Assembly: GCF_006345805.1 (NCBI RefSeq)
Contig: NC_043023.1
Span: forward strand, 9,362,001 to 9,426,000
Length of the DNA: 64,000 nucleotides
DNA from: Octopus sinensis
Lineage: Eukaryota
Direction of reading: 5' to 3'
Notes under the pieces: generated by a model
Told to the model about the DNA's origin: nothing
Database searches by the model: none
The model's input: only the letters and a program-made list of their open reading frames with translations
Part shown: positions 27,791-43,544 of the stretch, piece after piece
Layout: each line of letters opens with the position of its first letter
Numbering within the stretch: the first letter of the stretch is position 1
Program-made: the position numbers and the translations under genes

Positions 27791-28355
27791 ACGCAGGAGT
27801 GGCTGTGTGGTAATTAGCTTGTTTACTAACCACATGGTTCCGGGTTCAGTCCCACTGCGTGGTACCTTGGGCAAGTCTCTTCTACTATAGCCTCAGGCTG
27901 ACCAAAGACGTGTGAATGGATTTGGTAGACGGAAACTGAAAGAAGTCTGTCGTATATATTATAGGTTTAGGAGTGGCTGTGTGGTAAGTAGCTTGCTTAC
28001 AAACCACATGGTTCCGGGTTCAGTTCCACTGCATAGCACCTTGGGCAAGTGTCTTCTACTATAGTCTCGGGCCGACCAAAGCCTTGTGAGTGGATTTAGT
28101 TGACGGAAACAAAAGAAGCCCGTCGTATATATATATATATGCATGTGTTGTTTGTGTGTGTCTGTGTTTGTCCCCCTAGCATTGCTTGACAACCGATGCT
28201 GATGTGTTTATGTCCCCGTTACCTTGCGGTTCGGCAAAGAGACTGATAGAATAAGTACTGGGCTTACAAAAAGAATAAGTCCCGGGGTCGAGTTGCTCGA
28301 TTAAAGGCGGTGCTCCAGCATGGCCGCAGCCACATGACTGAAAAAAGTAAAAAGA
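27791..28355 (+). mobile_element. Two adjacent family-2 SINEs (truncated copy plus full copy)
   Basis: gcaggagtggctgtgtggtaag...ccttgggcaagtgtcttctactatag...ggcggtgctccagcatggccgcag. Confidence 0.88.
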
Positions 28356-28717
28356 GTAAAAAAAAAGAGAGAAAGAGTATATAAAGAACGCTTTACCATC
28401 CACACCCTTCGCAAATACCAGGCCCCCCCCACTAAACACATGAACCAGCGTGCACACATGCATACACACATACACACACACACAGCGGCACCAGAGACAA
28501 ACACTCATATTCTCTCTAAAGCACTCACAGAATCAACTGTACCACACAAACATAGATCCGCGCACTCGGCACCAAAGTGACTGCATGTATAAAAGCGTGC
28601 ACACACATATCAGATACACACATGCACATACCCTCTCTCGTCTCCCTTATTGTTGTCTCTTATTATTTCTCGTTCTCTCTCTTTTACAATCCTATCGCCA
28701 TCCATATAACATATATT

Positions 28718-28797
<80 letters not shown>

Positions 28798-28799
<2 letters not shown>

Positions 28800-29138
28800 G
28801 GTAAAGACCCCCTTCGGTCATGAATGACCATGGGATTGCACCTAGAAAGTTACCCTCCTAGACACAAGTCTGGGCAAGGTTGTTTATGGAAGACCAGCAG
28901 TCGCCCATGCATACCGGCCTCCCCTCTCCACGACACCAGTGTTATCCAAGGGAAAGACAAAGGTCGATACAGCTTGGCACCTGTGACGTCGCAACTCATT
29001 TCTACAGCTGAGTGAACTGGAGCAACGTGAAATAAAGTGCCTTGCTCAAGAACACAACACGCAGCCCGGTCCGGGATTCGAGCTCACAACCTCACGATCG
29101 TAAGCTCGACGCTCTAACCACTGAGCCATGCGCCTTCA
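28798..29138 (-). mobile_element. tRNA-head SINE (family 4)
   Basis: Reverse complement starts gtgaaggcgcatggctcagtggttagagcgtcg...gagctcgaatccc, then gtgttcttgagcaaggcacttt. Confidence 0.85.
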
Positions 29139-29155
29139 CACACACACACACACAC

Positions 29156-29281
<126 letters not shown>

Positions 29282-29498
29282 TGTATATAAGTGGAATTTA
29301 CCTGCGTTAAAATCCATTTATTTATTTATTTATATATTAGGCAAAAAATTCCACGTAAAGACGAAGTTTCTACCTTTATAAACAAGGAGTTTCAACCTCT
29401 TTACTTGTGTGATCTTTTGCTATCCTGGTAACTATTTATTTATTTTTTTTCGTGTTAATTGTTAACTAGGCAAAAATATACTCATCTCTTTATATATA

Positions 29499-29566
<68 letters not shown>

Positions 29567-29572
29567 ATAATG

Positions 29573-29604
<32 letters not shown>

Positions 29605-29605
29605 A

Positions 29606-29641
<36 letters not shown>

Positions 29642-30355
29642 CTAAAAGCCTAGCAGACAAACAGACATATCTAAAACTAACCTGGAGTAAAGAGAGCTTG
29701 CTATTGAGGAGGAAATGTTTTGACAACCATTGCATAGTGAGTGAATGACTGATAAGGAAACACATTTCGTAATTAAGGAATTAAGTAGCTAACTGCCGAA
29801 TAATAAAGAAGTGAAGGGTAGCAAGGAGATCATTGAGAAGTCACAGCTCCGGTACTATGGATGTAAGATGAAAATAGTGCAAGAATGAGTGATTCGTCGT
29901 GCCGGGGACTTAGGAGCAAATCTCTGGGGACCTAGGTGTATCTCTCTAGGGACCTAGGTGTAGAACAAAGCAAGGTGGTTGGATGATATACATAGTCTTA
30001 GTTGGTCGCGCTTGGAAAGTGTTAAGGCGGTTTCTTCTGAGAGGACACTGTGAAGGAGCTGCCTGTGACATAACTTAAAAGATATTCCCAGGTTTTAACG
30101 GAAGCTAACTCTATAACAGCGTAATCATAACTTGGAGTAACTTCCCTCTTTGGATAATTGCAGGTCTTTGTGAAAGTGGGATATAGAAGCAACACAGCAA
30201 TTAGGTTGCATGATTTTCTTAGTTGAATTTGTGACAAAACTGAAACATTTCCCAAAGATAATTAAAAAAAAAGACGTGCATAGTTATAATTGATTATTTC
30301 CTTTATTTATCTAACATACATTGATTCTAACACTATATTATTTTATATTCTGTAG

Positions 30356-30447
30356 GAAAGACGTTACTTCGAAAGAATTTGCAGTGTCAAACATGTTCAG
30401 GGATGATTTGCGATCATTCGCAAATGAGAAGTTGTCCCGGACTACTG
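30356..30447 (+). CDS. Ly6/uPAR (three-finger)-like domain exon 1: (G)KTLLRKNLQCQTCSGMICDHSQMRSCPGLL
   Basis: ctgtag|ga...ctg|gtaaat; 92 nt; phase 1/0; CxxC start typical of LU domains. The ORF track gives a different frame here. Confidence 0.85.
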
Positions 30448-30562
30448 GTAAAATGAAATGTTACTTTCCTCCTCTCTATCAAAATATGTCCATAACCGTC
30501 AATAGCAACTCAGTATGACCAGGTAGCTTGAACCATGCTTTTGCTAATTGTTTTCGGTGACT

Positions 30563-30800
30563 AAGGCGGCGAGCTGGCAGACACGTTAGCGCGCCGGGCG
30601 AAATGCTTAGTGGTATTTCGTCTGTCGCTACGTTCTGAGTTGAAATTCCGCCGAGGTCGACTTAGCCTTTTATCCTTTCGGGGTCGATAAATTAAGTACC
30701 AGTTATGCACTGGGGTCAATGTAATCGACTTAATCCGTCTGTCTGTCCTTGTTTGTCATCTCTGTGTTTAGCCCCTTGTGGGTAGTAAAGAAATAAGTAT
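30563..30800 (+). mobile_element. Family-3 SINE ending ~28 nt before LU exon 2
   Basis: aaggcggcgagctggcag...ccgccgaggtcgac...gccccttgtgggtagtaaagaaataagtat. Confidence 0.88.
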
Positions 30801-30828
30801 TATATGGCTGTTATATTCATTGTTACAG

Positions 30829-31012
30829 CCTCTCTGCCAATATGGGCTATCAGTGAATGGCAGTACATTGAAGTTTCAAAGATCCTGCAGCACATACGAC
30901 AACTGCCGTGAAGCTATCGGAAACAATTCCCTTACATGCAAAAATTGGTCCAATGGCACTGCTTGTGTTGATTGCTGCAGCGACAACTTATGCAATAAGA
31001 ATGATTTCCCTG
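30829..31012 (+). CDS. LU-like domain exon 2: PLCQYGLSVNGSTLKFQRSCSTYDNCREAIGNNSLTCKNWSNGTACVDCCSDNLCNKNDFP(G)
   Basis: ttacag|cct...cctg|gtaagt; 184 nt; phase 0/1; carries the CCxxxxCN hallmark. Confidence 0.9.
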
Positions 31013-31063
31013 GTAAGTGTTGTCAATTCTTTGATTTTATCGCATCTGATTTATTTATAGAGT

Positions 31064-31260
31064 GGTTGTATACTGTCAACTTAACGTGACAGTCCTGTAA
31101 GGGAATTGCACCACCGCTGTTTAGCCCTAGGAAGCATCGATGCTTCCTGTCGGCCTTAAATGTGTCAAGGCCGACAGGAAGCGTCGATGCTTCCTAGGGC
31201 TAAACAGCGGTGGTGTAAATCCCTTACAGGACTGTCACGTTAATTTGACAGTATACAACC
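31064..31260. mobile_element. Near-perfect palindromic element (MITE-like), ~94-bp arms and a 9-nt loop
   Basis: ggttgtatactgtcaa...cctgtcggcctt / aaggccgacagg...ttgacagtatacaacc; about 4 mismatches. Confidence 0.88.
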
Positions 31261-32127
31261 ACCACTCTATCGCTCCACCACCGTACATATCTCTATGAGA
31301 TATTTAGAAATTTAATATTTCTGATTTATTTATAGATGGATGTTTAATATGAAGATTGGATAATAGTTAATATATGATAAAATGAGTTACTGTGTACACT
31401 CACAAACACAAACGCACACACACATATACTTACATATATACTATATAATATATAATATATATGCGCATGTGTGTGAGTGTTGTGTGTATATCACACATAT
31501 ATATGTACATATATATATATATATATATATATACATAGATATATACACACATATATACAAATCTCTCTCTCTATAAATATATATATATACACACACAAAT
31601 ACGAACACACACGCACACACACATTTATATATCAAGTATGCATGCATTGCACCTTCATTGGGTTTACGACCGTTATCCATGTTGTCATGGGTTAGACGGA
31701 TATACTATACAACAATTGTTTTACAATCGAATGCCATTCCTATCACTAATGCTTACGCATTTTCTGGTGACGAATTTCTTATTTCACATTTCTTCCAATG
31801 CATGGACCGATTGAATGATTTGTTGACAGGAAAAGCGCTTGCGATTTTCAGAGTACGTTTTTTTAACAAAGAGTACGTTTTTAACACACACATATATGGA
31901 CATATACAGGGTTTCTTTCAGTTTAGATATCTGAAATTTACAAATCAGGGTTTGATCGGCCGGAGTAGCAAACACTTGCCTAAGGTGCCACGCAGTAGGA
32001 CTGAATTCTTAAGTATGTGTCGAACAATTTAACCATCGGGCTATCCCTGCACCTGTATACGCATCTTTACATATGTGTGTGCGTGTGTGTATGTATATGT
32101 ATATATATATTTGAATATATGCATGTG

Positions 32128-32180
<53 letters not shown>

Positions 32181-32183
<3 letters not shown>

Positions 32184-32507
32184 AGTCGGCCGTATGCTAG
32201 AAACAGATCATCAACGATCAAACTACAAGGAAATTCTCTAGAGGAAAAATTCAGCGAACGCCAGAACCAAATTTGGCGGGCAGGACAGATGAAAATTTAT
32301 ATAAAAAACAGAATTAAATGCATACCTCGGTTTCGGCCTTTAACACAAGAATTACTTACGTAATTCAAATGTCCGTGCTTCTTCAGTGCATTCGTTCATT
32401 GTAAATGTAAACTGAAAAACTAACCCCAGCTTTCCGTGCAAGGACAGACACGTACTTAGTTTTACCGATTACACTAGGGATCTGTTTCTAGCATACGGCC
32501 GACTTCC
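32181..32507. mobile_element. MITE with 29-bp TIRs flanked by TA
   Basis: ta|gggagtcggccgtatgctagaaacagatc ... gatctgtttctagcatacggccgacttcc|ta (1 mismatch). Confidence 0.85.
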
Positions 32508-32729
32508 TAGCAGTAAGCCCTGCCAATATACACATATATTAGAATTTTCTCTGACTTCTCAGATTTTTTGTATACTGGACTACTGGTTTTAAATTGATAT
32601 TAAAATTAATATTAATTTATCTCCCTCATTATATATATATATATATATATCAACAATTGAGGGTAAAATTAATTAATTAATCAATTTCACCAAGTGTTCA
32701 GTATGTAAAAGGACCATTTAAGGCGAATT

Positions 32730-33016
<287 letters not shown>

Positions 33017-33051
33017 CATATATATGTTTGTGTATGTATGTATATATATAT

Positions 33052-33440
33052 AAGATAATAGGGATGGAAAAGTTAATAGTTAATTAATTACAAAAATAGA
33101 TATAGACTCTGACAGCTGTTTCGATTCGATCTTAGAAATTAACTAGAATAATTTAAAACACTATAAAGTTCAATCTCGACAAAGGTAGCAAAAAGTTATA
33201 CAATTACATGATTTGTTTAGTGTACAGAGCATGGCAGCTAACTGAATATTGTTTTATAGAAAGAACATGGTATAAACCTTATAAGGGGGGAGGTATATTT
33301 GTATTTATTTTTATATTTATAATTTCTATAAATAGATATAAATTTATATTCATTTTGATAACTCCGAAACAGCTGTCAGAGACTATGTCTATTTCCGTAA
33401 TTAATAAATAATCATTAAATTGTCCATCTCTGTTTTCTTA
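33052..33440. mobile_element. Foldback element with ~75-bp imperfect inverted arms
   Basis: ...atagatatagactctgacagctgtttcg / ccgaaacagctgtcagagactatgtctat... Confidence 0.72.
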
Positions 33441-33829
33441 TTATTCTTAAACAATCGTATGCCCCAGACCATCCTATTACCTTATGGTTGAATATTAAAT
33501 ATAATACTCAGCAGTTATCTTAGGCCATACACAAATGAATTCATCGGATGTTTTATTACTTAATGAGGTATCTAACCTTTAATTGAATCTCTCCCTGTCC
33601 TCCTCCTCTCTCTCCCCCTCCTCCTCTCTCTCTCTGTATATATATATATATATATAAAGACACACAGACACACACACACACATACGCATATATATGACGG
33701 GCTCCTTTCACTTTGTGTCTATCAAATCCACTACCAAGTTTAAGACACTTGATCAATGTGCTACACAGTGGGACTGAGTCCTTTGCGACTGGGAAGCAAA
33801 CTTACTACACAGTAACGTCTACGCCTATA

Positions 33830-34500
<671 letters not shown>

Positions 34501-34849
34501 ATCATTATATATATATATATATATATATATACATACATACACACATACATATCCATGAGTAAACCCTGCATATGCATATTACCTACACTCTAATCTCCTA
34601 TGCCTAAAAGGGAAATCTAGCCAGTGACTCTCTCAACCATACAAGACCTTAAGCAGAACATATTAAAGGTAACTGGGTATAACGCATCGCACAAAGGCAG
34701 TTACAAAAGTAAACACACACTGAAAAAATACATATGCATATGAATCATATTTAAATAGTATTGAAATAATCCTATATTTTCATCTATCTCTCTCGTGAAA
34801 GAATCCATAAGCCAGACAATTATGCAATTGCATATTTGTCCGTAGACTG

Positions 34850-35075
34850 GCTATAGCTGGCAGAAACGTTAGCAGGCCGAGCAAAATGCGTAGCCGTATT
34901 ACGTCTGCCGTTACGTTCTGAGTTCAAATTCCGCCGAGGTCGACTTTGCCTTTCATCCTTTCGAGGTCGATAAATTAAGTACTAGTTATGCATTGGGTTC
35001 GATATAATCGACTTAATACTTTGTCCTTATTTGTCCCCTCTATGTTTAGCCCCTTGTGGGTAATAAAGAAATATA
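34850..35075 (+). mobile_element. Family-3 SINE
   Basis: agctggcagaaacgttagc...ccgccgaggtcgactttgcc...gccccttgtgggtaataaagaaata. Confidence 0.88.
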
Positions 35076-35284
35076 TATTAACGAAAGTATACGGTATTAT
35101 AGACTGACTACAACTGATATTAGCAATCGGTTTCATACGGGATATTAAATAACCGGTGATTATATAACAACCCACTGTTAAATTTATATTTCTATGTTCA
35201 TAGTATATGCCACTCAGTGCATCCGTGGCACATATCTCATTTATAATCGCAATGTCTAGGTTTTTCTTTTATGTTCTTGAATAG

Positions 35285-35391
35285 GTTGGACGCATTCCTT
35301 TGAACTTCATCTGATTTATACCGTGGACACATATTCGACTTTTAAGAAGTTAACTGAAAAGGAAAACACCACCGAAAATATATCTAGAGCC
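35285..35391 (+). CDS. SEA-like domain exon 1: (G)WTHSFELHLIYTVDTYSTFKKLTEKENTTENISRA
   Basis: gaatag|gt...gcc|gtgagt; 107 nt; open; phase 1/0 fits neighbours. Confidence 0.75.
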
Positions 35392-35445
35392 GTGAGTTAG
35401 CATGTATTTTCTTTCGATCCCTCTCTTCGTTTCTCTCTATCTTTC

Positions 35446-35492
<47 letters not shown>

Positions 35493-36413
35493 ACACACAG
35501 ACGTGTCATATAAAACGAATGTCAATCATCAACTAAATAAGGAAGAAAACACACGTAGTAGACAACATTATTCATTTGGTTGAAAGATAACCGCGGCTTT
35601 GATTAAGATAACTGTATTTAGTTTAAACAGTATACCAATATATGTTTTGATGTCAATATGGTATCAAAGGCCTCAATAGCAGTTCACAGTCATGTTAGCA
35701 CATATATTATAAATGCGTAAAGACCAGATTCTTATATATTTCTGGACAGTTATATAGACTTGACGCATTTTTACTACAAAGTAAATTTAATGTTTAAAAA
35801 AATCCGTAATTTCTCCCAAGACGTAAGGTTTTTCTTTCAACAGAAGCCCAGAAATTCACTTATTTTCTTCTTGATTCTCTTATCTCTGTATATTCCAAAT
35901 ATACATTATATATAAAATAAAACTGAAGGACAACTACAATTTGCCCGAAAATTATCAACTAATACTAATTATATAATTAAAAACCAAGTGCAGCACAATG
36001 TGCTCAAACTGTTATTGCTTATTGACGTATCCAATTAATAATATAAATTCCTATGAAATCCTATTTTCTAATCCCTTTCTATGCAATCTTCACTCAAATA
36101 GTTTAATCATTTATCCGATTCTGTATCCGAATACATACTGTTTCACCAACTACACAGACTCATTTGCATCAAATTTTAGAACCTCAGTCCATAATATCCA
36201 ATAAGGTTTGCTGAGGCACACTCACTTACCAACAACAATGCCTTTAAGCAGTTTTCACCTCTAATGATAACATATCAACCCGAAATTGATGTGAACCTCA
36301 CCGAAGGTTCACAATTTCCGTGAATTTTATATACAAGTATATATGTATATATAAGATTTGTACTTACATGACCGCAGCTCTGAGCTGAAACTTTAAAAAT
36401 ATATATATATATA

Positions 36414-36981
<568 letters not shown>

Positions 36982-37000
36982 ACACACACACACACACACG

Positions 37001-37100
<100 letters not shown>

Positions 37101-37376
37101 GTCGAAATATGTTACGAAAAGAAAATATAAAATACACGTGGAAATGTAAGTGTAAAATATGAAAAATCAACGGTGTTGTTCATACGATGAATAGCTTCGC
37201 GTAAATCATTGGTTCGTTTTGTTCTCTCACTTTATTATCATCTCATAATCATCCCATAATAATGACTTTTATGACTCGTTTTACTACCTCAGTTAATCTA
37301 AATGTATATATTTGTCGTTAGCCTTTTTCTATTTGCAATATGCAATATGCATTTTCGTTGATTTTTCATATTTTAC

Positions 37377-37426
<50 letters not shown>

Positions 37427-37830
37427 CTCATACATTTGTACGTAGGTATGGAAGTATATATGGACATTTGTAAAGACGTGAATATACCCAGACACAAACA
37501 CACAGGAGACTGTTGTAAGCGTACAAGAAATAAAGAACCATGTTTGGGCTTTTGAACATCAGAGAATCAGCTCCATTTCGTTCTACTAAACCACTTCAAT
37601 GTCCTATTTTTATACCTGCAGAAGATGAGACTTACACTGCCCAAGAAAAATGTCTCTCCGTCTTCTTGTCTTTAATGAAAGTTCATATGGTGACAGACCT
37701 TGACGTCATTTTTATGTCCTGGGATATCTTACGCAGAGACATGATCACGGGCAATAAATATAGCCGTCCTCTATTATTCAGTTAAATTTCTTACATTTAT
37801 TAAAATAATATATATATTCAACTATTGCAG

Positions 37831-37883
37831 GTGGAACACGAGTTATTAACCTTGACAGGAGTATTTAAAGTTGAATATTGTAG
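37831..37883 (+). CDS. SEA-like domain exon 2: VEHELLTLTGVFKVEYC(S)
   Basis: ttgcag|gtg...ag|gtaagc; 53 nt; phase 0/2 fits neighbours. Confidence 0.72.
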
Positions 37884-38153
37884 GTAAGCAAAACATTTTA
37901 TTCGTGATTTGTTTATTTTTCCTCAAAACATTCCAGTGACTTTTCCGTGTATATATTAATTACAATAAAATAAATAAATTCTGTTGTAATTAAATTTCAC
38001 AAATTCACACTATTAATCAAATGTTGAGTTTATGACTATTATTAATATTATTATCATCGTCGTCGTCGTTGTCATCATCATCATCATTATCATCTGCATT
38101 TTAATGTCCCTCTCCAAACCGAAGAAGGGTGTGACCTGAAATGTTATGTTTAA

Positions 38154-38203
<50 letters not shown>

Positions 38204-38214
38204 CACACACACAC

Positions 38215-38249
<35 letters not shown>

Positions 38250-38326
38250 CACATATATATATATATATATATATGTATACACATATATATATATATATAT
38301 ATGTATAAATATATATATATACACAC

Positions 38327-38472
<146 letters not shown>

Positions 38473-38559
38473 GTACATATACACTTGCAGGTGCACACAC
38501 AGACACACACACACATGCAAATATATTTTTGTATAGACATATTTCTATTCATTTACTTG

Positions 38560-39150
<591 letters not shown>

Positions 39151-39472
39151 AGTTTCTAACTTAGGTGCAATCGTTTATGATTTGGAGTTGGAATATAGGT
39201 GATTAACACAAGTAATTAACAAGGTAATAATAGCAACCACGCTAAAAGTAATGGAATTAGGATTAACACACATCAGCCTTGGCACATTGGCGTCCATTAG
39301 GGATAAATCAAATCAGCTGACTGTATTACATAACGATGAAACTTAGATTTCTCTTACGAGGATAAGATCAACATCTTGAAAACCAGTTTGATTGAAGTGT
39401 ACTAAAAACATTCTGGTTGTCGTTGCTGCAACTAATTTTTCTTTAACTTCTTTTTTAAAAATCGTGTTTCAG

Positions 39473-39630
39473 CTCGGAGAAAAGCTCAGTGGTGTTTACT
39501 ATTTACTGTACAGTCCTCATTGAAAGTACTAAAGATCGAGTTTTGCAAAATCTTTACAAAATTTTGAATACATCCCAAACATTGCGTAACTCGGGAATAA
39601 ACCAAGTTAAGGTGAAATCAAAGGGTGAAA
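39473..39630 (+). CDS. SEA-like domain exon 3: SEKSSVVFTIYCTVLIESTKDRVLQNLYKILNTSQTLRNSGINQVKVKSKGE(M)
   Basis: tttcag|c...gaaa|gtaagt; 158 nt; open; phase 2/1; SSVVF resembles the SEA GSVVV strand. Confidence 0.78.
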
Positions 39631-41124
39631 GTAAGTTGTGAGTTTCTTAACATTTCTATCGCTATCACCCATTATCATCCTTTTCGTCATTGTCGGCGTC
39701 ATATTCGCTATCATAAGTAGGTATTACCATTGAAACATGACACACAGACAAACATACACACAAACACACACGTCTAAGTCTTATATATTACTGAATGCTC
39801 TTCTGATGACGACTATTAAGGCAGAAACATGTTCACAGATGTCTCCAGAAAACCTGACCCTCTTATACTTAATGACATATTAATTCGTGAAAATTCTAGG
39901 TCTTCTTTATCTTTTAGACAGAGCTTGGAAGCAGTGTCTGTCCATGATTGTTTTAAAGGTTCTTCGTAGAGGGTGAGGGGTCGGAAAGTAGGTGTCACCA
40001 AACTAGAGACCCAGATCAAATACTTACATCAGAATGTTCTTTTTCATTTGTGGCACTCAAGCTGTCAGATAGCTTTGTTAAACCGGATGATAGATTAATT
40101 CTGCCACACCTGAATGCCATTTGAGCACAGAACTAAAAGTGCTTGGGCTGATACTGTTTCTTACAGACCTGGAAAGGAGCAAAGACAAAGTTAACCTCAG
40201 CAGTGTTTGAACCTAGAACTCAGAGAGTCAAAGAATTTTCCTGGCGTGCTAACAATTCTGCAAATTCAACGCCAACAGGTTACTTTAGTTATCTCCCATT
40301 CTGATTTGGAGTTTGAAGCAATTTTTTTCTATATTTTGAAAGGGCGATTAATTCCACAAATCTGTGATTCATTTTGTAAATATATTTAAAATCCATTTAT
40401 TGTATTTCGTCATTTTTTCTATCTGAATATACCTCTAGATATTTCGAGTTATTTCTTTTAAAACAATTTTGAATGTAACGTATTCATTCATTATACATTC
40501 CGGCAAACTCAAACGTGAATATCTAATCGCTATTGCTTTTCTTCATCACCGAACGCCAGTTCCCTCTAAACGAGGTGTGTTTGTAACACTGGCAATCAAG
40601 CGGTGTCAGGAGACTTTGAGCCCCGGTAATTAATCTTCATTATGTCATTCCTCACTCACAGTCACCAAGCCGGACCAATGAATTTAACAAGTTTATGCAC
40701 CCTTGTTTATAGAAATCAGCAAATGAATTATTTACTGATGCATACTAATAATTCATAGAATGCATGCAAAACAGAAAGAATTCAAACCACTCTTAATACG
40801 TTCTGACTGACTTGCTAGCAACGCTAAAACTTTTGCCTGGAGTATAAAGAGTACTTAAACGAGGAAGCAAATCCGTACAAAATAAACTAAAAGTTTCTGG
40901 ATTTTTTTCGCATTTTATCAAACTAGAAGTAGAAGATAAAAACTCCGCTTCGCTGCTGAAAATTTCACTGAATCTGGGCAAGTGAAAAAGTGACATTTTC
41001 GGATGCTGTCCTCATGAGCGCAGTCTCGTTTGTTCGACTTTGTCATGTCCATTTCCGAAATAGGGAAAGGTACACACACATATGAGTAGTATGTATGGAT
41101 ATGAATATGTGTGTATGATGCATG

Positions 41125-41172
<48 letters not shown>

Positions 41173-42410
41173 ATATATATATATATATATTTATAAAAAA
41201 TATATATAAAAATACAAAATGGGACAAGAACGCAAAACACTCAAATAGACGACACAAAAAACGGACGGGTCATTCGAAGCCTCTAATCTTCAGTCAAGAA
41301 CCGGATCATCCTCGCAATTTCGGCTGATTAATCTTGAGATCGCTCCGATCCGGCCAGTCCCAAGGAAAAACTAATCTACGAGCATTAGATTTCTTGGAAA
41401 AAGGATAGAATGTATACGAAACAAGGACAGAAAAACGGACGATGTCACACGAATATAAATACAAAAAACAATAATAGTAATAACAGGACAAAAACAGCGG
41501 GTGTCTTACGACTTTAGACAGTTCAACTTAACTTCGCTGGCGTATTTGGAAAATAATGCCTTAAGGCAATTCGGTATGGTCATTGTTTATTTATTTATTT
41601 TCCAAATAAACAATAAACACACGCACTATATATTGGTTCTTCACTCATTTATTAATGTTCTTGTTTTACCTCATGTCCATTGTCCGCAAATTTTCCCTCA
41701 CACATCTGTCTTCGGTAACACACTCCGTGCTCGTTGTGATTCTGCTCGGTTGAATACATTTAGTTCTTCTATGATTTGTATCCTTATAAGTGCATGTGTT
41801 TGCGTCTGTATTTGTGTGTGTCGCTGTTCTTAGTATCACTATGACGCTGCTCTCACCTCCTTCTCCTCCATGTATATATGAATGTTTTTCATATGTATTT
41901 ACAGTGCCAGAGGCATTGAGGAGTTATATAGCGACTCAAGACACAACTCTAATGAAACAGTAAACATAATATTTTTAATAAATATGTATACAAGACTGGA
42001 ATCGATTACTGCACTAAATGGACCCTATCCATTGCTGGAACTGCTGGAAGGAAGATGGCGGCGTTTACCGAAGCTGTAGGATTGTGGAATTATCGACTTG
42101 TCTCCCCTTTCGATCACTCAAAGTGAGATGGGATTTAAACCTGGTGAATTTGAAGGATACACGTTTGGTGTTACGAGATCATGACGATTGCCTTCCTTCA
42201 CTTTTCGATTAGGTGGGTTTGTGAGAATGCACTGAGACGTGTTCATACATATATAGACTACCATTGTGTACTTCATCCGTCCAAGGCTTAACGATTGTCT
42301 CCGGCACCTCAATACATCCAACTGAATTAATAATAATATCCTATGGAAAGATCTGGGGTTGTGTGACATAGCTTATTTTTATTCACCATTCCTAAAATCA
42401 TTTATATACG

Positions 42411-42790
42411 TAGGCGCAGGAGTGGCTGTGTTGTAAGTATCTTGTTTACCAACCACATGGTTCGGGTTCACCTTGAGCAAGTGTCTTCTACTATAGCCTC
42501 GGGCCGACCAAAGCCTTGTGAGTGGATTTGGTAGACGGAAACTGAAAGAAGCCCGTCGTATATATGTATATATGTGCGCGTGTGTGTTTGTGTGTCTGTG
42601 TTTGTACCCCTAGCATTGCTTGACAACCGATGCTGGTGTGTTTATGTCCGCGTTACTTAGCGGTTCGGCAAAAGAGACCGATAGGATAAGTACTGGGCTT
42701 ACAAAAGAATAAGTTCCGGGGTCGAGTTGCTCGATTAAAGGCGGTGCTCCAGCATGGCCACAGTCAAATGACTGAAACGAGTAAAAGAGA
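42411..42790 (+). mobile_element. Family-2 SINE
   Basis: Same consensus as 27961-28355. Confidence 0.88.
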
Positions 42791-43029
42791 GAGTGTGTGC
42801 GTGTATGTGTATGTGTGTGTATGTGTGTGAAAGAATAAAAAAGAATACATACAAGAGGCTTCTCTCAGTTTCCATCAACCAAATCTACTGACAAAGCTTT
42901 GGCTAACCGCAGCTACTATAGGAAACACTTTCCCAAGGTGTAGTGCTGTGTAATTGAACCGAAGACCAAATTGTTGGCATTGAAAAGCAAATCTCTTAAG
43001 CACTGAATCATGTATGCACGTATATATGT

Positions 43030-43400
43030 GTTAAACGCAGTTTGCATCACTCTGAGGATATCAGCAGGATCTTCAGGAAGCCTTTTGTCATTTCTCCGGT
43101 CCTACTTTTAGTTTTCGTCGTAGGTTTTTCGCATGAGAAAAAAAAGCAACGCATGCAATGTTGGCCCTCGCTTTTAACCTTAATAAAAAAAGTCCGTTTG
43201 GTATGTATCAAGCTGTTTTCACGTGCCTTTGAAGATATGGAAAGTCCACGTGCACTATAGTTCTGATTGTACGACACCTGAAGTTCTTTGGCGATACCAC
43301 TCAGCGATTTTGCGGTATAATCATCAATAATGTTTTTAATCCGTTGGCTGAATTGCCAAACAATGAAACATTCCCCGCAGAGGCTTTCAAATTTAGCTGA
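43030..43400 (-). mobile_element. Degenerate Tc1/mariner-superfamily transposase remnant (maT/DD37D-like)
   Basis: IKNIIDDYTAKSLSGIAKELQVS...SSKARENSLIHTKR...FFSCEK resembles the HTH followed by the first catalytic FFSDEK motif. Confidence 0.5.
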
Positions 43401-43439
43401 ACATTAATAATAACCGACAATAATAACAACAACAACAAC

Positions 43440-43523
<84 letters not shown>

Positions 43524-43544
43524 TATAATAATAATAATATTGAT

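Noticed and set aside
30321-30518. ORF-track frame KDVTSKEFAVSNMFRDD...
   Set aside because: The alternative frame gives the CQTC...C...C pattern and the correct phases with both neighbouring exons.
41240-41320. Minus-strand CUGAAGA...CGAAU...GUC as another hammerhead
   Set aside because: The GAAA core is broken and I could not build convincing stems; possibly a Penelope-like remnant but unsupported.
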